Assembly (NCBI RefSeq): GCF_021869535.1
Contig: NW_026262712.1
Span: 94,488,001-94,552,000, forward strand
Source of the DNA: Mytilus californianus
Taxonomy: Eukaryota
Direction: 5' to 3'
DNA length: 64,000 bases
Shown: positions 24,630 through 37,071 of the stretch, piece by piece
Layout of the letters: each line of letters starts with the position of its first letter
Position numbering within the stretch: position 1 is the first letter of the stretch
Position numbers and translations under genes: made by a program
Notes under the pieces: generated by a model
Seen by the model: the letters and a program-made list of their open reading frames with translations, nothing else
Told to the model about the DNA's origin: nothing
The model's database searches: none

Positions 24630-26239
24630 AGTAATCGAAACGGTATTTGGAATGCCATATAATTTACCTAAATTTAGGATAGACTCTCGAATTTGGAAGA
24701 GTTGAAATAGGATGAACGGATCATATATATATATATTGGTACTTCACGATTTTGATAGTATAAGTGAGGCGAAAGATACCAAAATGGAAATCAAATTCAT
24801 CAACCGAAAATGAACTGACGACGCCCTGGCAAAAAAATCTGTAAACATTTAAAACAGACAAACGTAAAAAATGTTTATCTAGGCAAGAAACCGAGCTTGT
24901 TTTGCTATATGATATGAATAATAACAAGACTGACCACAATACGTCTTTTATTCAAAATGAGATTATTCCAAATTTAATTTGCAAATAAAACATTTGACTT
25001 CAAAATTCTTAATAGTGATTAAAATATAATTCATAAGAAATAAGAAATAATATCAACTAAAAGCAACCAATTTAAAATGTGGAAAAAATAGTAAAGAAAG
25101 TGGGAAGAAAACTCTGGCCTACAAGCATGAAAATATATACATACTTTCTGCTGTATATTAATTTGTAGGTTATATGATGTTATAAGCACAAAAACTCATT
25201 AAAGGTAATTAATTCAATTACTGCAAATGATTATAAAGACATTTCTAGTAATAATAAAGTTTAAACTAACGTACTTGTCTTTATAAAATTGGCGTTTTTC
25301 ATTTTATAATTAATATCCTGCAAATCATCGAAAAAAATGATATTTACAATCAGTAAATGATCAGAAAGCGATGATACAGCTATTATCTTGGTATGCTAAA
25401 TACCCGTTTTATTTCTATTCATTTCTATAATAACATAAATATTCCAGACCATATAGAAGTAAACTACTCAGTTCCCTCTTTAACAAATATGAAATCGTTT
25501 ATCTTCAAATGTGATAAGCATGTGAATAATACAATATATCCAAATGACGGACTAGCACATCTTCCCCTTTCATCCTAGACTTTATGACATTAAAAGGAAT
25601 AGTGCTGATGGCTTTATAATATTACTCTTTTATTTACATTTCGTTTCAATTAACAAAATTCTGGAAAGTACTTTATTAAAGTATATATTGTTCAGTATTC
25701 TTAACATTATTTAAACGTATGTTTATCTAAATGTTGGTTTTTATTTTCAGTCCCTCAATTTTGTACAGCAAACTTTTGTATCATTCTTTTGACAATGAAT
25801 ATTCTAAAAGTCATTCTGTTCTTTCCATTTCTATATCAATTGGAAACAAATGAGGAGGTACTATAAGGACCAAACTTTATTTTCTTTTATATGTAAATAG
25901 CATAATGAAATCTGGACACTTAGGTTCAGAACTATTCGTATGGAAATGTACAGATTGACATATATGACATGAGATTGTCATTTTTAAAGAGATTTTTTAT
26001 AAAATTAGTAGTTACTTAAACCTAACCCAAAAAGATATTTCATATCAATAAACAACTTTTTTAGACATCTCGTAGCAAAATACCTAGTCGTGGTAATTTT
26101 ATCCTGATGTCAGGTCAACATCTGAAGGTTATGTTTCGATATTTTTATATTGTGTCTTTACGAATTCAATCGAACTTTTCAAGTGGCCCTTTCGTACATT
26201 CTCTTTTCTTTGAAAATCTTGTTTACTTTACTCTATTAT

Positions 26240-27481
26240 CTAAATCGACTTTGTAACAACAACGAAGAATAACAATGCACTAACTGAGATTCCTCCAAAT
26301 GAAACCCATAAAAAGATTGTATTAAGTGTTAAACAGATGTCGTTCCACGAAACATCGTTCCTGACGTTAGTAGTTAAACTTTCATTGCCATTCACATTTG
26401 AATTTTGACGATTTGATGTGTTGTTTAATATAATACTCCATTCTCTCTCTGTTCTTGGTTTATCGGGTCTACAACACAATACCAGCCGTTTTAGAAAAGA
26501 TGGTATGTGACGATTCTTATCTTTCAATTGAAGCCTAAGACATAGAATAGTGCAAAAACATATTAAAGAACTAAACACGAGGCCAAACATCAGAAAGTAA
26601 CTAAGCAAAGCCATTGGTTCAGATGTTTTAGGCAGGTTATCTCCGATCAAAGTCAAAAATACAGCTAATGCAAGTAATACAGTTATAGCATATGAAACTC
26701 GTTCTCCTGAGTTTGGCGGTAAAACAAATACGCATGCATTTAACAACATCAGAAATATAACAGGAAGTACAATGTTTACAACATAAAAACCTGGACGTCT
26801 CTTCATTGAAATCGACATATCAATGAATGACAAACCAATCGAACCATCTACCATACTTTTGGCAGACGCAGAATTTATCTTCCAACTCCCATGTTCTAAA
26901 TAATAATTCATGTTAATGTCAGAAGATGACAGCAACACAATTTCATTTGATGAAGTTCCCCATGCCATCAAACGTATTGTACAAATCTGTTCGTCAAACG
27001 GGAAGTACGTAATATCCACACTACATGAACTAATTAAAATTTCACCTGGTGTCCAGTATGCAAAACCATTGCTAGAATATCTTACCGTCATAAAATCTTT
27101 TCCAATCTTTTCGATTTTACTGAATGGATTTGTAATAACAAGTGTTGGTTTCCATATATCATCTTGTAAAAACAACATAGTGTTCGTATTATTGAAGTCT
27201 AGTGGATTCCAAGTCATTCTTGAATCATACCATGTGATTTGAAAAAATCCAATGACGGCATATTTTCCGTTTACTTCGTCGAATTCTTGAATGGCACCCA
27301 AATTGAAAGAAACATTAATTTGTGCAGCAACTGATTGGTCATCTCCTGGTCTAATCTTTTTATTGTAGTCCGTTACCATTTTTGTATATAATCTGCTAAC
27401 ATCAGATAGAGTAGAGCCAAAATTAGGTTTTCCACTATTAAGCAAAAGCAGTAGAAAACATATCAATTTATTCAACGCCAT
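26240..27481 (-). CDS. Intronless nAChR-like subunit, copy 4, 413 aa
   Basis: Same architecture as copy 2; intact ORF. Confidence 0.95.
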   Translation of the reverse strand: MALNKLICFLLLLLNSGKPNFGSTLSDVSRLYTKMVTDYNKKIRPGDDQSVAAQINVSFNLGAIQEFDEVNGKYAVIGFFQITWYDSRMTWNPLDFNNTNTMLFLQDDIWKPTLVITNPFSKIEKIGKDFMTVRYSSNGFAYWTPGEILISSCSVDITYFPFDEQICTIRLMAWGTSSNEIVLLSSSDINMNYYLEHGSWKINSASAKSMVDGSIGLSFIDMSISMKRRPGFYVVNIVLPVIFLMLLNACVFVLPPNSGERVSYAITVLLALAVFLTLIGDNLPKTSEPMALLSYFLMFGLVFSSLICFCTILCLRLQLKDKNRHIPSFLKRLVLCCRPDKPRTEREWSIILNNTSNRQNSNVNGNESLTTNVRNDVSWNDICLTLNTIFLWVSFGGISVSALLFFVVVTKSI

Positions 27482-28166
27482 TTGTCACATTTGTACAGTT
27501 ACCACTTTGTTGTCAAATTGTACATATAACAATGTTTTCGAATTTCTAAATCATTGTCCATAATCAGTCCATGAATAGTTAAATAATGAAATTCGCTTTT
27601 AAGATTTTCTCATTAGTAGGCAGCATGATTATCTCGTATGTAGACTGTGAATCGAATACTTTTTACTTATTCATCAATTATCATCATTGTCAATACACGA
27701 ACTGTTACATCATTCTTCCTCCAATGTATACCGTGCAGCTTATATGCTTTATTAAAATATACAGTTTTGTATCACTGTCTAAAAAACAATAATATCCTCC
27801 TTCGACAGAAATAAACTCTTACAAAGTACATGTTGACTGTCCAAAAAACAATCATATATGTTCATCATTTATATGTCCTTGTGGTTGTCATTTGAAACTT
27901 TGACGATTTTATCATTAGAACTCATTTCAGGTAATCAATACAATTAATACAAGTTATTATATTTTTGCTATTAGAATGAAATGTGTTTTATGATATTTAC
28001 TGTTATAATACGTTTGGGATTTTACATTAAACACTTACTGTCCAGGAAATCATCAAATAAATGGTTGAAATCAGTAAATGGACAACATTGATTAAATAAC
28101 TAAAACGATGCAGTGTTATCATAATATTTCAATATAGCACCAGTCAAACGCTTAGTTAGTTGATAT

Positions 28167-29047
28167 TGTTACGCCCCTGTGGTTTGACAGTTTATATCAA
28201 TATTATTGTGATTTTAACTTGTGTAAATTACATAGTTGTGTTCATATTATCACTGTGGTCTTCGTTCCACACTTGATACACGCAGATGTTTGCTATTGTG
28301 TTCTGTTCCGTATTTTAGAGAAGGAATAGCGTACTATTATACTAGACCTATTATTATTAAATTACTGTTTAACCTACGAATCGACTTTATTTATAAGTGA
28401 AATTGTTCAGTTTTGTATTTGCCTTCGTTTACTTTTAATGTAACGCGCCAAATGGAACGTTACATGTTCCTGTTCTTGTTTATGAAGAACTTGTGTATTA
28501 CGTCACCAGTAAACGACACTTTTGAATAAATTGCGGAACGCATGTTCTAACTGGGAGATTCTCTCCAAGATCCTCCATGCGGTTAGCAGTATATCTCAAA
28601 CAATATTTTGCTGCACTAAGTAAGAGTGCTTGGTGATAATATTTAACAAACTTGATAATTAACCAAGTCTCCATATCCAAATGCTGACGTAATGTTTGCT
28701 CGGGTAAATCGCCAACCATGCACCGAGTATGCCGAATATTTGAATGTAGTGCACCAGGCAGATTTTCCTGCACCAAATATGCAGAGTATTAGAATGCAGT
28801 GTCCGAAGTGGATTTCCTTGCACCGAGCGCTAGAAGATTTGTTTTATTAAACTTGCTGCAAGTAAAGCACCTTGCTGTATTACTTATTATATATTATAAA
28901 TGTATTTTATTTCATCTCATATATTTTATGAACAACTGTGTTTGTTGTATTGCATATTAATTACTGAAGCAGAAAATATTACAATTTATGAAATTCCATT
29001 ATGATTTTTATTATTACTTCCTTCACCGGAGGCCCACATAAGTAACA
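28167..29047. mobile_element. Probable solo LTR, 881 bp
   Basis: TGTTAC...GTAACA termini; interrupts the duplicated 5' flank of copy 4; no TSD (GATAT vs CCAGG). Confidence 0.6.
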
Positions 29048-29868
29048 CCAGGTCTCCGGACTCAAAAACCCCAAATTGCGAGAGCTGAACCAAAATATGG
29101 AGGGAAGAAAGCTATTCGTAATCAAAACTGAAATCAAATTTAAAACTATCAATTGTCTTTAATATTCAATTCCATTGCGATTGCTGATGTATATAATACA
29201 AACATTAAACACATTTTAATAACGCCATCAACTTGTCTTTAACATCAACCGTGTAACGATGAATAACTTTTTGATTTTTATAATTATAAGTGAAATTGTT
29301 GACGTGTTCATTTCCCGATTACAATTTGCTTCCGTAAAATGATATAAAGATGCTGTCAAATACCATGTAAAAATAAGACGTTAGGAGGTAACGAAATGTC
29401 ACAAATTACAGAACAGACAACACTTGATCCAATGGAGAGAAAAAAAACTTTAAAACACATATATCTATAGTATCGCACGCCCTTACCACTTTTATACATT
29501 TTTCATATTTTATTATAACATAAAATTTTCTAAACTAAAGCTCAGAAAATGAACGGAAAGTCATTTAGAAAATATCCAGGATTATCATGATTATCTCAAG
29601 AAATTAAGAACATCTAATTCTATTTGTCAAAATGCGAGAATATTCCAGATTAAGCTGAGGTAATTCCGGTTTAATTTATTCTGCGAGAAAATCTAGGTTT
29701 CTTTCAGACTCTTAAAAACTGATTACAGTGTTATCAAGCGTTATGTTACATACATTGCTTATAGAACAATTGTTTTAAATGAAAAGGCTAGCGTATTTAT
29801 TTGTTCTTTATATCTTATAATAAATAAAATAAGGAGATGTGGAATTAATCCTAATGAGTTTAAATTAA

Positions 29869-30447
29869 GGTTCATCATAACAAATGGACAAAAATGGCTG
29901 TATTTCCACCTCAAAAACTACTGAAAGTACAGACTAACCTGTGCAGTTGGAAAAGTTTTAATGCCTGGCATCCACTAGATATATAAAAGTTAAATGCATT
30001 TTGAGTTTCAGAAAGATAAAATCTTTTTTGGATTTTGATGGGCATTTTTTTTCATTCCTGCGGAATATGTAAAAATAAATTAAGTTGGGATACAACTTTG
30101 AGATGCTCCCTCTCAGGTAAAAAGTATTGATTGTCCTTGATTGACATAGACAATAGACAGACAATAGATATCTACACAACTATAAGTGAGTTATAGGGTT
30201 TAACTGAGTGGATAGTATCGAAGCAATTCAGGTGTTTGTTTATTTTTACACCTTCTGCAGAAAGGAAAAAAATGCCCATCAAAATCCAAAAAAGATTATA
30301 TCTTTCTGAAACACAAAATGCATTTACCTTTTATATATCTAGTGGATGCCAGGCCTTAAAACTTTTCCAACTGGACAGGTAAGTCTGTACTCAGAGTAGT
30401 TTTTGGGGTGTAAAAACGGCAATTTTGTCCATTTGTTATGATGAACC
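29869..30447. mobile_element. Kolobok-type MITE with ~190-bp TIRs
   Basis: TTAA TSD (29865-68, 30448-51); termini GGTTCATCATAACAAATGGACAAAA / TTTTGTCCATTTGTTATGATGAACC. GG termini with a TTAA TSD fit Kolobok rather than piggyBac. Confidence 0.85.
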
Positions 30448-30586
30448 TTAAGCGGATTTACGCAATTGTAGGTCACCGTACGGTCTCAACACTGAGCAAA
30501 ACTCATACCGTATAGTGAGCGATAAAAGGCCTGACATGATAAATTGTGAAACAATTCAAATGAGAAAGACAACTTGTGTATATTAA

Positions 30587-30977
30587 GGAAGTTCGCTACT
30601 CAGTTTCAAAATAACAAGCTTTTCATAACACTAGTATATATTGATAGGGGATTAATAAAGGAACAAAAAGAGCAAAAATAAAATATAGGTCAATGTGCTT
30701 GTTTTCGAGATATAAGCCATTGAAATTTTGGCGGGAAAATACCCTCTCTTGATTTTTCATAGCTTTATCATTGACAAGTTAAAGTTCTCAAAAACTATTA
30801 AAAAAATAATTAAGATTTTATAAGACTTTTACAGATGGCTTATGATTATGCATGTAAAAGATTTTTAAAAAGAAAAATGGGGGTCAATGGGCAAACTTTT
30901 TTAAGGCATTCAAATAGATAAAATAAGAGGATTCCGAAAATCTGACAAAAATTCTAAAACATGACAAGCGAACTTCC
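30587..30977. mobile_element. Kolobok-type MITE, 391 bp
   Basis: TTAA TSD (30583-86, 30978-81); 11-bp TIR GGAAGTTCGCT / AGCGAACTTCC. Confidence 0.85.
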
Positions 30978-31269
30978 TTAAGTGTTGTTTTAAGATCTCT
31001 CAGGAAGATTAGTATTTGCTACTAATGTCTTCTTGTTTGAAATAAATATTGTTCATTTTGTGGCAGACGGGATTATTATATAATTGTTATTTCCCTTGTT
31101 TAAAACTATAAATTTCATATTTCTTTATTTAATAATTTACATGATGCTTTTCAGTACATATTTGTTAAATTGAATAGCTATTGCTATTTTGAATTCATTG
31201 TTTAAAGATATTTATTTATATTCTAAAGTTTAGTATTTGCATCGTCGCAAAACATTTATTACCTTCTTC

Positions 31270-31880
31270 TTCTTCTAAAGTGTGTTAGTTAATTCTTTGA
31301 TACAAGGAGTTTGAAATCGAACAGTACATAAATGAGACATTATCATGTGATAGATCTGATTTAATCAGAAAAATGGCCAAGAAACACACAAAGGAAATTC
31401 CTTTAGTATTGGCAAACGAAATTCAATCCATGCATTCATAAATTAAAACAATGCATTAGTAAACATTGGGATATACTAACAAAAAGGATGCGGTATGCAA
31501 CGAAGTATTTTCAAGCAAACCAATAAAAGCTTATAAAAAGCATAAAAATATAGCAGATCTATTGACAATGACAAAATTAAAATAAACTGATAGGAAAATC
31601 CCTGATGATGGCTGGCCTAGAATGCTTAAACCCATTCATAAATGTTATACATTTATCATTAGCATATAATACAAAAACCGCCGAAACACTAAATTAGTGT
31701 CGGATTGATGTAAAGCAATTGCAAGTCTAGTAATACTAACATCACATGATCATTATTTTGGAATATAATTACAATAAAATACTAATAGTATGTATACGGA
31801 GTCTTCTAAAGTAGATTTTTTACTATCGGAATTCAAATTGATGTTGGAATGCGTGGATGTAAGGTGTCACTTTTATACAA
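31270..31880 (+). mobile_element. Penelope-like element 3' fragment inserted in LTR1
   Basis: Frameshifted translation EIEQYINETLSCDRSDLIRK..KEIPLVL..KHWDIL..FSSKPIKAYKKHKNIADLLTMTKLK* resembles a PLE RT C-terminal region; a hammerhead follows. Confidence 0.65.
31597..31706 (+). ncRNA. Type I hammerhead ribozyme with large structured loop II
   Basis: AATCC CTGATGA T GGC..(67 nt)..GCC GAAA CACTA-AAT-TAGTG TC^ GGATT: helix I 5 bp, helix III 5 bp, GUC triplet; predicted cleavage after 31701. Confidence 0.8.
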
Positions 31881-32255
31881 AACTTATATATTTTATATAA
31901 CTGGTTTGAAATTATTATGTTGAATTGTCTGAGCACTGACGTTCAGTCCAACCTAGGAAAGCCGTGCTTTCCAATCACACTTTAAGTTTAGTGCATCTGC
32001 CATATGCTTTCTTAATACGGGTAAATATTGAAGTTATTGAATGCTCCATTTCTCTACTTTTGGGTTACATAATAAAAGTTGTATTTGTTGATTAAATTAT
32101 ATATTGTTTTTACTGTTTTTCGTTTTCATCTAAATAGATATTTAGTTAGCGTTTTTACATTAAGCATCCATCGTCTCTGTTAAATCAGTTCACAAACTAG
32201 AACAAGCTGTGGTCCGCATCCCCGAATCTCCAGCAGAATTGCTCCTGCTACATTT

Positions 32256-32272
32256 TGGTCCCGCGAGGCGGA
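32256..32272 (+). promoter_or_regulatory. Degenerate primer-binding site, tRNA-Tyr-like (repeated after LTR2 and LTR3)
   Basis: TGGTCCCGCGAGGCGGA vs the complement of the tRNA-Tyr 3' end TGGTCCTTCGAGCCGGA (14/17, recalled sequence). Confidence 0.6.
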
Positions 32273-32489
32273 TGTGGAATTTTAAGGCAACTTTTCTGGT
32301 GTGTAACTGAACTAAAATTATTTTGGGGAAAATTTATAAGAAATGGAGCAGACATTTGAGTCAGTACTTGTTGTAATTGGATATGACAGTCCTAAGCAGA
32401 CCAGTTTTGAAGAGTTGGGCCGATAGTTACTCTTGGGGTATTTTATTTTCATAGTTTGGTTCATTTTGTAAATATATATTATTTAGTTA

Positions 32490-33230
32490 TGATTAGGTTT
32501 GAAGAAAAACCTTCTTTTTTTATGGTGTCAGCATTGATATCACCGATTACTTTGTTCATTTTGAGACAGTTTCTCTCCGGAATCAGTGGAATGAATTTGA
32601 GATGGCATTTCAGTTAATAATGAATTTGAGAGGTGATGCTCAAACTATTTTACGTTTCTTAAAAGGCCTCAGTTGTATGATTATGACTGCTTGAAAAATT
32701 TACTCATTTAGAGGTTCAATTCTAAGGAGAGGGTGACATATTTTAAATTTCAACTGCGAGTTTGTAGATTGAAGGAAAATGAAACAATTTCTGAATTTGT
32801 TCAGCGTTTTAAGATACTAGCTCATAAGGCTTATCCTGATAATTTTTCAGATTTAGATGTGTATTTTACTGACTTATTTACATCATGTTTGAATATTGAG
32901 ATGGCTAAATTTGTCACCTTTATGCACCCTAATAGTTTAGATGAGGCTTTAACATTAGCTATTGAATATGAAGCTTTTCATTTTACTGGTGATCCAGAGA
33001 CTATTGGTGAGTCAGAAAGTTCAGCTTGTTGTAATACTGTTCAAAACAGTTTTGAAACTTTAATTAATATATTGAGGAGGCGATTGAAATCACGAAGGAA
33101 ACATAAACCTAAGAAGTGTTTTAAATGTCATCAATCAGGTCATGTCAGGTCTAAGTGTCCAAATGTGTCTTTCAGAGTTCATGCTAGAGATGAAAGGTCT
33201 GCAGATGGACAAGTGAAATTCCAAAAATAG
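32490..33230 (+). pseudogene. Gypsy gag remnant with CCHC zinc knuckle, copy 1
   Basis: DYFVHFETVSLRNQW..LRGDAQ..(frameshift, TAG)..RFNSKERV..LAHKAYP..CFKCHQSGHVRSKC (CX2CX4HX4C). Confidence 0.85.
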
Positions 33231-34369
33231 AAAGGATATTAAAGAACGATTTGATTCCCAATTATTGTAGTTCAGGTTGTGCTACCTTTGTTTGATGTTT
33301 GTTTTTACATTGTGTTGTATACATATAGTTTTACTTTAGGTTTATTTCAATGTATTCAGAGATGTTACACTTTTCAGTTTTGGCTGTTTGGTTTTCTTTT
33401 TCAAGGGAGGGATGCCGTGCATCTCATCTTGTTATATTTTTCATTTGTATTAGTTGAATTATGACTGTTCTTCTGTGTGAAGTTTGAAGTGTAGACCGTT
33501 AGCTAGTTTAAGTAGGAATTGGTTTGTTTTATGAGTTGTTGCTCGTTTGTCTGGATTGTAATCTCTAGCTAAATATTTAATATTTAGAGAGTTTATGGAA
33601 TTCTGACTTCTTTACTTTTGTTAGTCATGGCAGAAACCAATAGAATGAAAGATTAGCTTCAAGTTAGGAACACTTCTAGCTCATACAGATGGATCTTATC
33701 CATTATTTAGAACCTTGCACAAAATTTGGGCATCACCCATTTTATTTTGAGACCCTTGCACATAGATGGACCCGATCCATCTCCGGTGGTACACCATTTG
33801 TGCTACCGTTATCAACAACGTTGGAGTGCAGTAATAGAACCCGGTTGTACACGTCATATGTGCCACTGTAAGATCAACATTGGTGGACATTGCATGGTAC
33901 AACTTTTCATGGATTTCAACATTATATGTGCCGTTACAATATAGGCCGTACCACTGATTCTGAAGCCTACTTACCAAGAAGACCTAAAGTCGCGTCCGTT
34001 ATCCTTTGAACCTGATGCCGATGTGTGTTTGTGTATGCGTTAAACAGTGACATTTATTTAAAAGTGATATGTTACATATGTTTGAAAGACTTTTAATCTG
34101 ATGAACGTTGATGGACTTTCGTTAAATCTAATTGTCATGTTATTTCATATACATTTGTTTTCGTAATGTAGGAGGAGTGTAGCAGATTGGTGTTGTGATC
34201 TCCCTTGAACAGTCTCATTAATTAACTTTAACTGACGTATATTTGATTTAATATTTAATCATGACATTTGCAGTTTGCGTATTCATTGGTACAGATACAT
34301 AAATTTGATAGACATTTAAGTTTGCAGACTTTATTTATGAAATTTATCGTTTGTCTTAGGGGGGAGGAA

Positions 34370-34954
34370 TGTGGCAGACGGGATTATTATATAATTGTTA
34401 TTTTCCTTGTTTAAAACTATGAATTTCATATTTCTTTATTTAATAATTTACATGATGCTTTTCAGTACATATTTGTTAAATTGAATAGCTATTGCTATTT
34501 TGAATTCATTGGTTAAAGATATTTATTTATATTCTAAAATTTAGTATTTGCATCGTCGCAAAACATTTATTACCTTCTTCGGAACTTATATATTTTATAT
34601 GACTGATTTGAAATTATTATGTTGAATTGTCTGAGCACTGACGTTCAGTCCAACCTAGGAAAGCCGTGCTTTCCAATCACACTTTAATGTTAGTGCATCT
34701 GCCATATGCTTTCTTAATACGGGTAAATATTGAAGTAATTGAATGCTCCATTTCTCTACTTTTGGGTTACATAATAAAAGTTGTATTTGTTGATTAAATT
34801 ATATATTGTTTTTACTGATTTTGGTTTTCATTTACATACATATTTAAATAGCGCTTTTACATTTGGCATCCATCGTCTCCGTTAAATCAGTTCACAAACT
34901 AGAACAAGCTGTGGTCCGCATCCCCGAATCTCCAGCAGAATTGCTCCTGCTACA
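34370..34954 (+). repeat. LTR2, 585 bp
   Basis: Preceded by PPT AGGGGGGAGGAA (34358-69) and followed by PBS. Confidence 0.93.
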
Positions 34955-35189
34955 TTTTGGTCCCGCGAGGCGGATGTGGAATTTTAAAGCAACTTTTCTG
35001 GTGTGTAACTGAACTAAAATTATTTTGGGGAAAATTTATAAGAAATGGAGCAGACATTTGAGTCAGTACTTGTTGTAATTGGATATGACAGTCCTAAGCA
35101 GACCAGTTTTGAAGAGTTGGGCCGATAGTTACTCTTGGGGTATTTTATTTTCATAGTTTGGTTCATTTTGTAAATATATATTATTTAGT

Positions 35190-35933
35190 TATGATTAGGT
35201 TTGAAGAAAAACCTTCTTTTTTTTATGGTGTCAGCATTGATATCACCGATTACTTTGTTCATTTTGAGACAGTTTCTCTTCGGAATCAGTGGAATGAATG
35301 TGAGATGGCATTTCAGTTAATAATGAATTTGAGAGGTGATGCTCAAACTATTTTACGTTTCTTAAAAGGCCTCAGTTGTATGATTATGACTGCTTGAAAA
35401 ATTTACTCATTTAGAGGTTCAATTCTAAGGAGAGGGTGACATATTTTAAATTTCAACTGCGAGTTTGTAGATTGAAGGAAAATGAAACAATTTCTGAATT
35501 TGGTCAGCGTTTTAAGATACTAGCTCATAAGGCTTATCCTGATAATTTTTCAGATTTAGATGTGTATTTTACTGACTTATTTACATCATGTTTGAATATT
35601 GAGATGGCTAAATTTGTCACCTTTATGCACCCTAATAGTTTAGATGAGGCTTTAACATTAGCTATTGAATATGAAGCTTTTCATTTTACTGGTGATCCAG
35701 AGACTATTGGTGAGTCAGAAAGTTCAGCTTGTTGTAAAACTGTTCATAACAGTTTTGAAACTTTAATTAATATATTGAGGAGGCGATTGAAATCACGAAG
35801 GAAACATAAACCTAAGAAGTGTTTTAAATGTCATCAATCAGGTCATGTCAGGTCTAAGTGTCCAAATGTGTCTTTCAGAGTTCATGCTAGAGATGAAAGG
35901 TCTGCAGATGGACAAGTGAAATTCCAAAAATAG
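35190..35933 (+). pseudogene. Gypsy gag remnant, copy 2
   Basis: ORFs 35158..35397 and 35436..35933 share the same frameshift and stop. Confidence 0.85.
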
Positions 35934-37071
35934 AAAGGATATTAAAGAACGATTTGATTCCCAATTATTGTAGTTCAGGTTGTGCTACCTTTGTTTGATG
36001 TTTGTTTTTACATTGTGTTGTATACATATAGTTTTACTTTAGGTTTATTTCAATGTATTCAGAGATGTTACACTTTTCAGTTTTGGCTGTTTGGTTTTCT
36101 TTTTCAAGGGAGGGATGCCGTGCATCTCATCTTGTTATATTTTTCATTTGTATTAGTTGAATAATGACTGTTCTTCTGTGTGAAGTTTGAAGTGTAGACC
36201 GTTAGCTAGTTTAAGTAGGAATTGGTTTGTTTTATGAGTTGTTGCTCGTTCACTGGATTGTAATCTCTAGCTAAATATTTAATATTTAGAGAGTTTATGG
36301 AATTCTGACTTCTTTACTTTTGTTAGTCATGGCAGAAACTAATAGAATGAAAGATAAGCTTCAAGTTAGGAACACTTCTAGCTCATACAGATGGATCTCA
36401 TCCATTATTTAGAACCTTGCACAAAATTTGGGCATCACCCATTTTATTTTGAGACCCTTGCACATAGATGGACCCGATCCATCTCCGGTGGTACACCATT
36501 TGTGCTACCGTTATCAACAACGTTGGAGTGCAGTAATAGAACCCGGTTGTACACGTCATATGTGCCACTGTAAGATCAACATTGGTGGACATTGCATGGT
36601 ACAACTTTTCATGGATTTCAACATTATATGTGCCGTTACAATATAGGCCGTACCACTGATTCTGAAGCCTACTTACCAAGAAGACCTAAAGTCGCGTCCG
36701 TTATCCTTTGAACCTGATGCCGATGTGTGTTTGTGTATGCGTTAAACAGTGACATTTATTTAAAAGTGATATGTTACATATGTTTGAAAGACTTTTAATC
36801 TGATGAACGTTGATGGACTTTCGTTAAATCTAATTGTCATGTTATTTCATATACATTTGTTTTCGTAATGTAGGAGGAGTGTAGCAGATTGGTGTTGTGA
36901 TCTCCCTTGAACAGTCTCATTAATTAACTTTAACTGACGTATATTTGATTTAATATTTAATCATGACATTTGCAGTTTGCGTATTCATTGGTACAGATAC
37001 ATAAATTTGATAGACATTTAAGTTTGCAGAATTTATTTATGAAATTTATCGTTTGTCTTAGGGGGGAGGAA

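Larger units (their letters stand above)
5381..29140. repeat. Tandem segmental duplication, ~4 units of 6.3-7.0 kb, one receptor gene per unit
   Basis: Gene stops at 6520, 13503, 19823 and 26240 (spacings 6983, 6320, 6417); flanks are collinear and highly similar. Confidence 0.95.
31059..32252 (+). repeat. LTR1 (585 bp plus a ~610-bp insertion)
   Basis: Aligns to LTR2-4 once 31270-31880 is removed; more diverged than LTR2-4 are from each other. Confidence 0.9.

Noticed and set aside
28498-28776. 92-aa ORF inside the solo LTR
   Set aside because: No recognisable homology; lies within a TE terminal repeat.
33689-33977. Short ORFs in the LTR element 3' region as env or an accessory gene
   Set aside because: No recognisable motif, signal peptide or TM; identity among copies only reflects recent duplication.
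34098-34130. CTGATGA in the LTR element 3' internal region as a retrozyme hammerhead
   Set aside because: Followed by TAAA rather than GAAA; no helix I or III.
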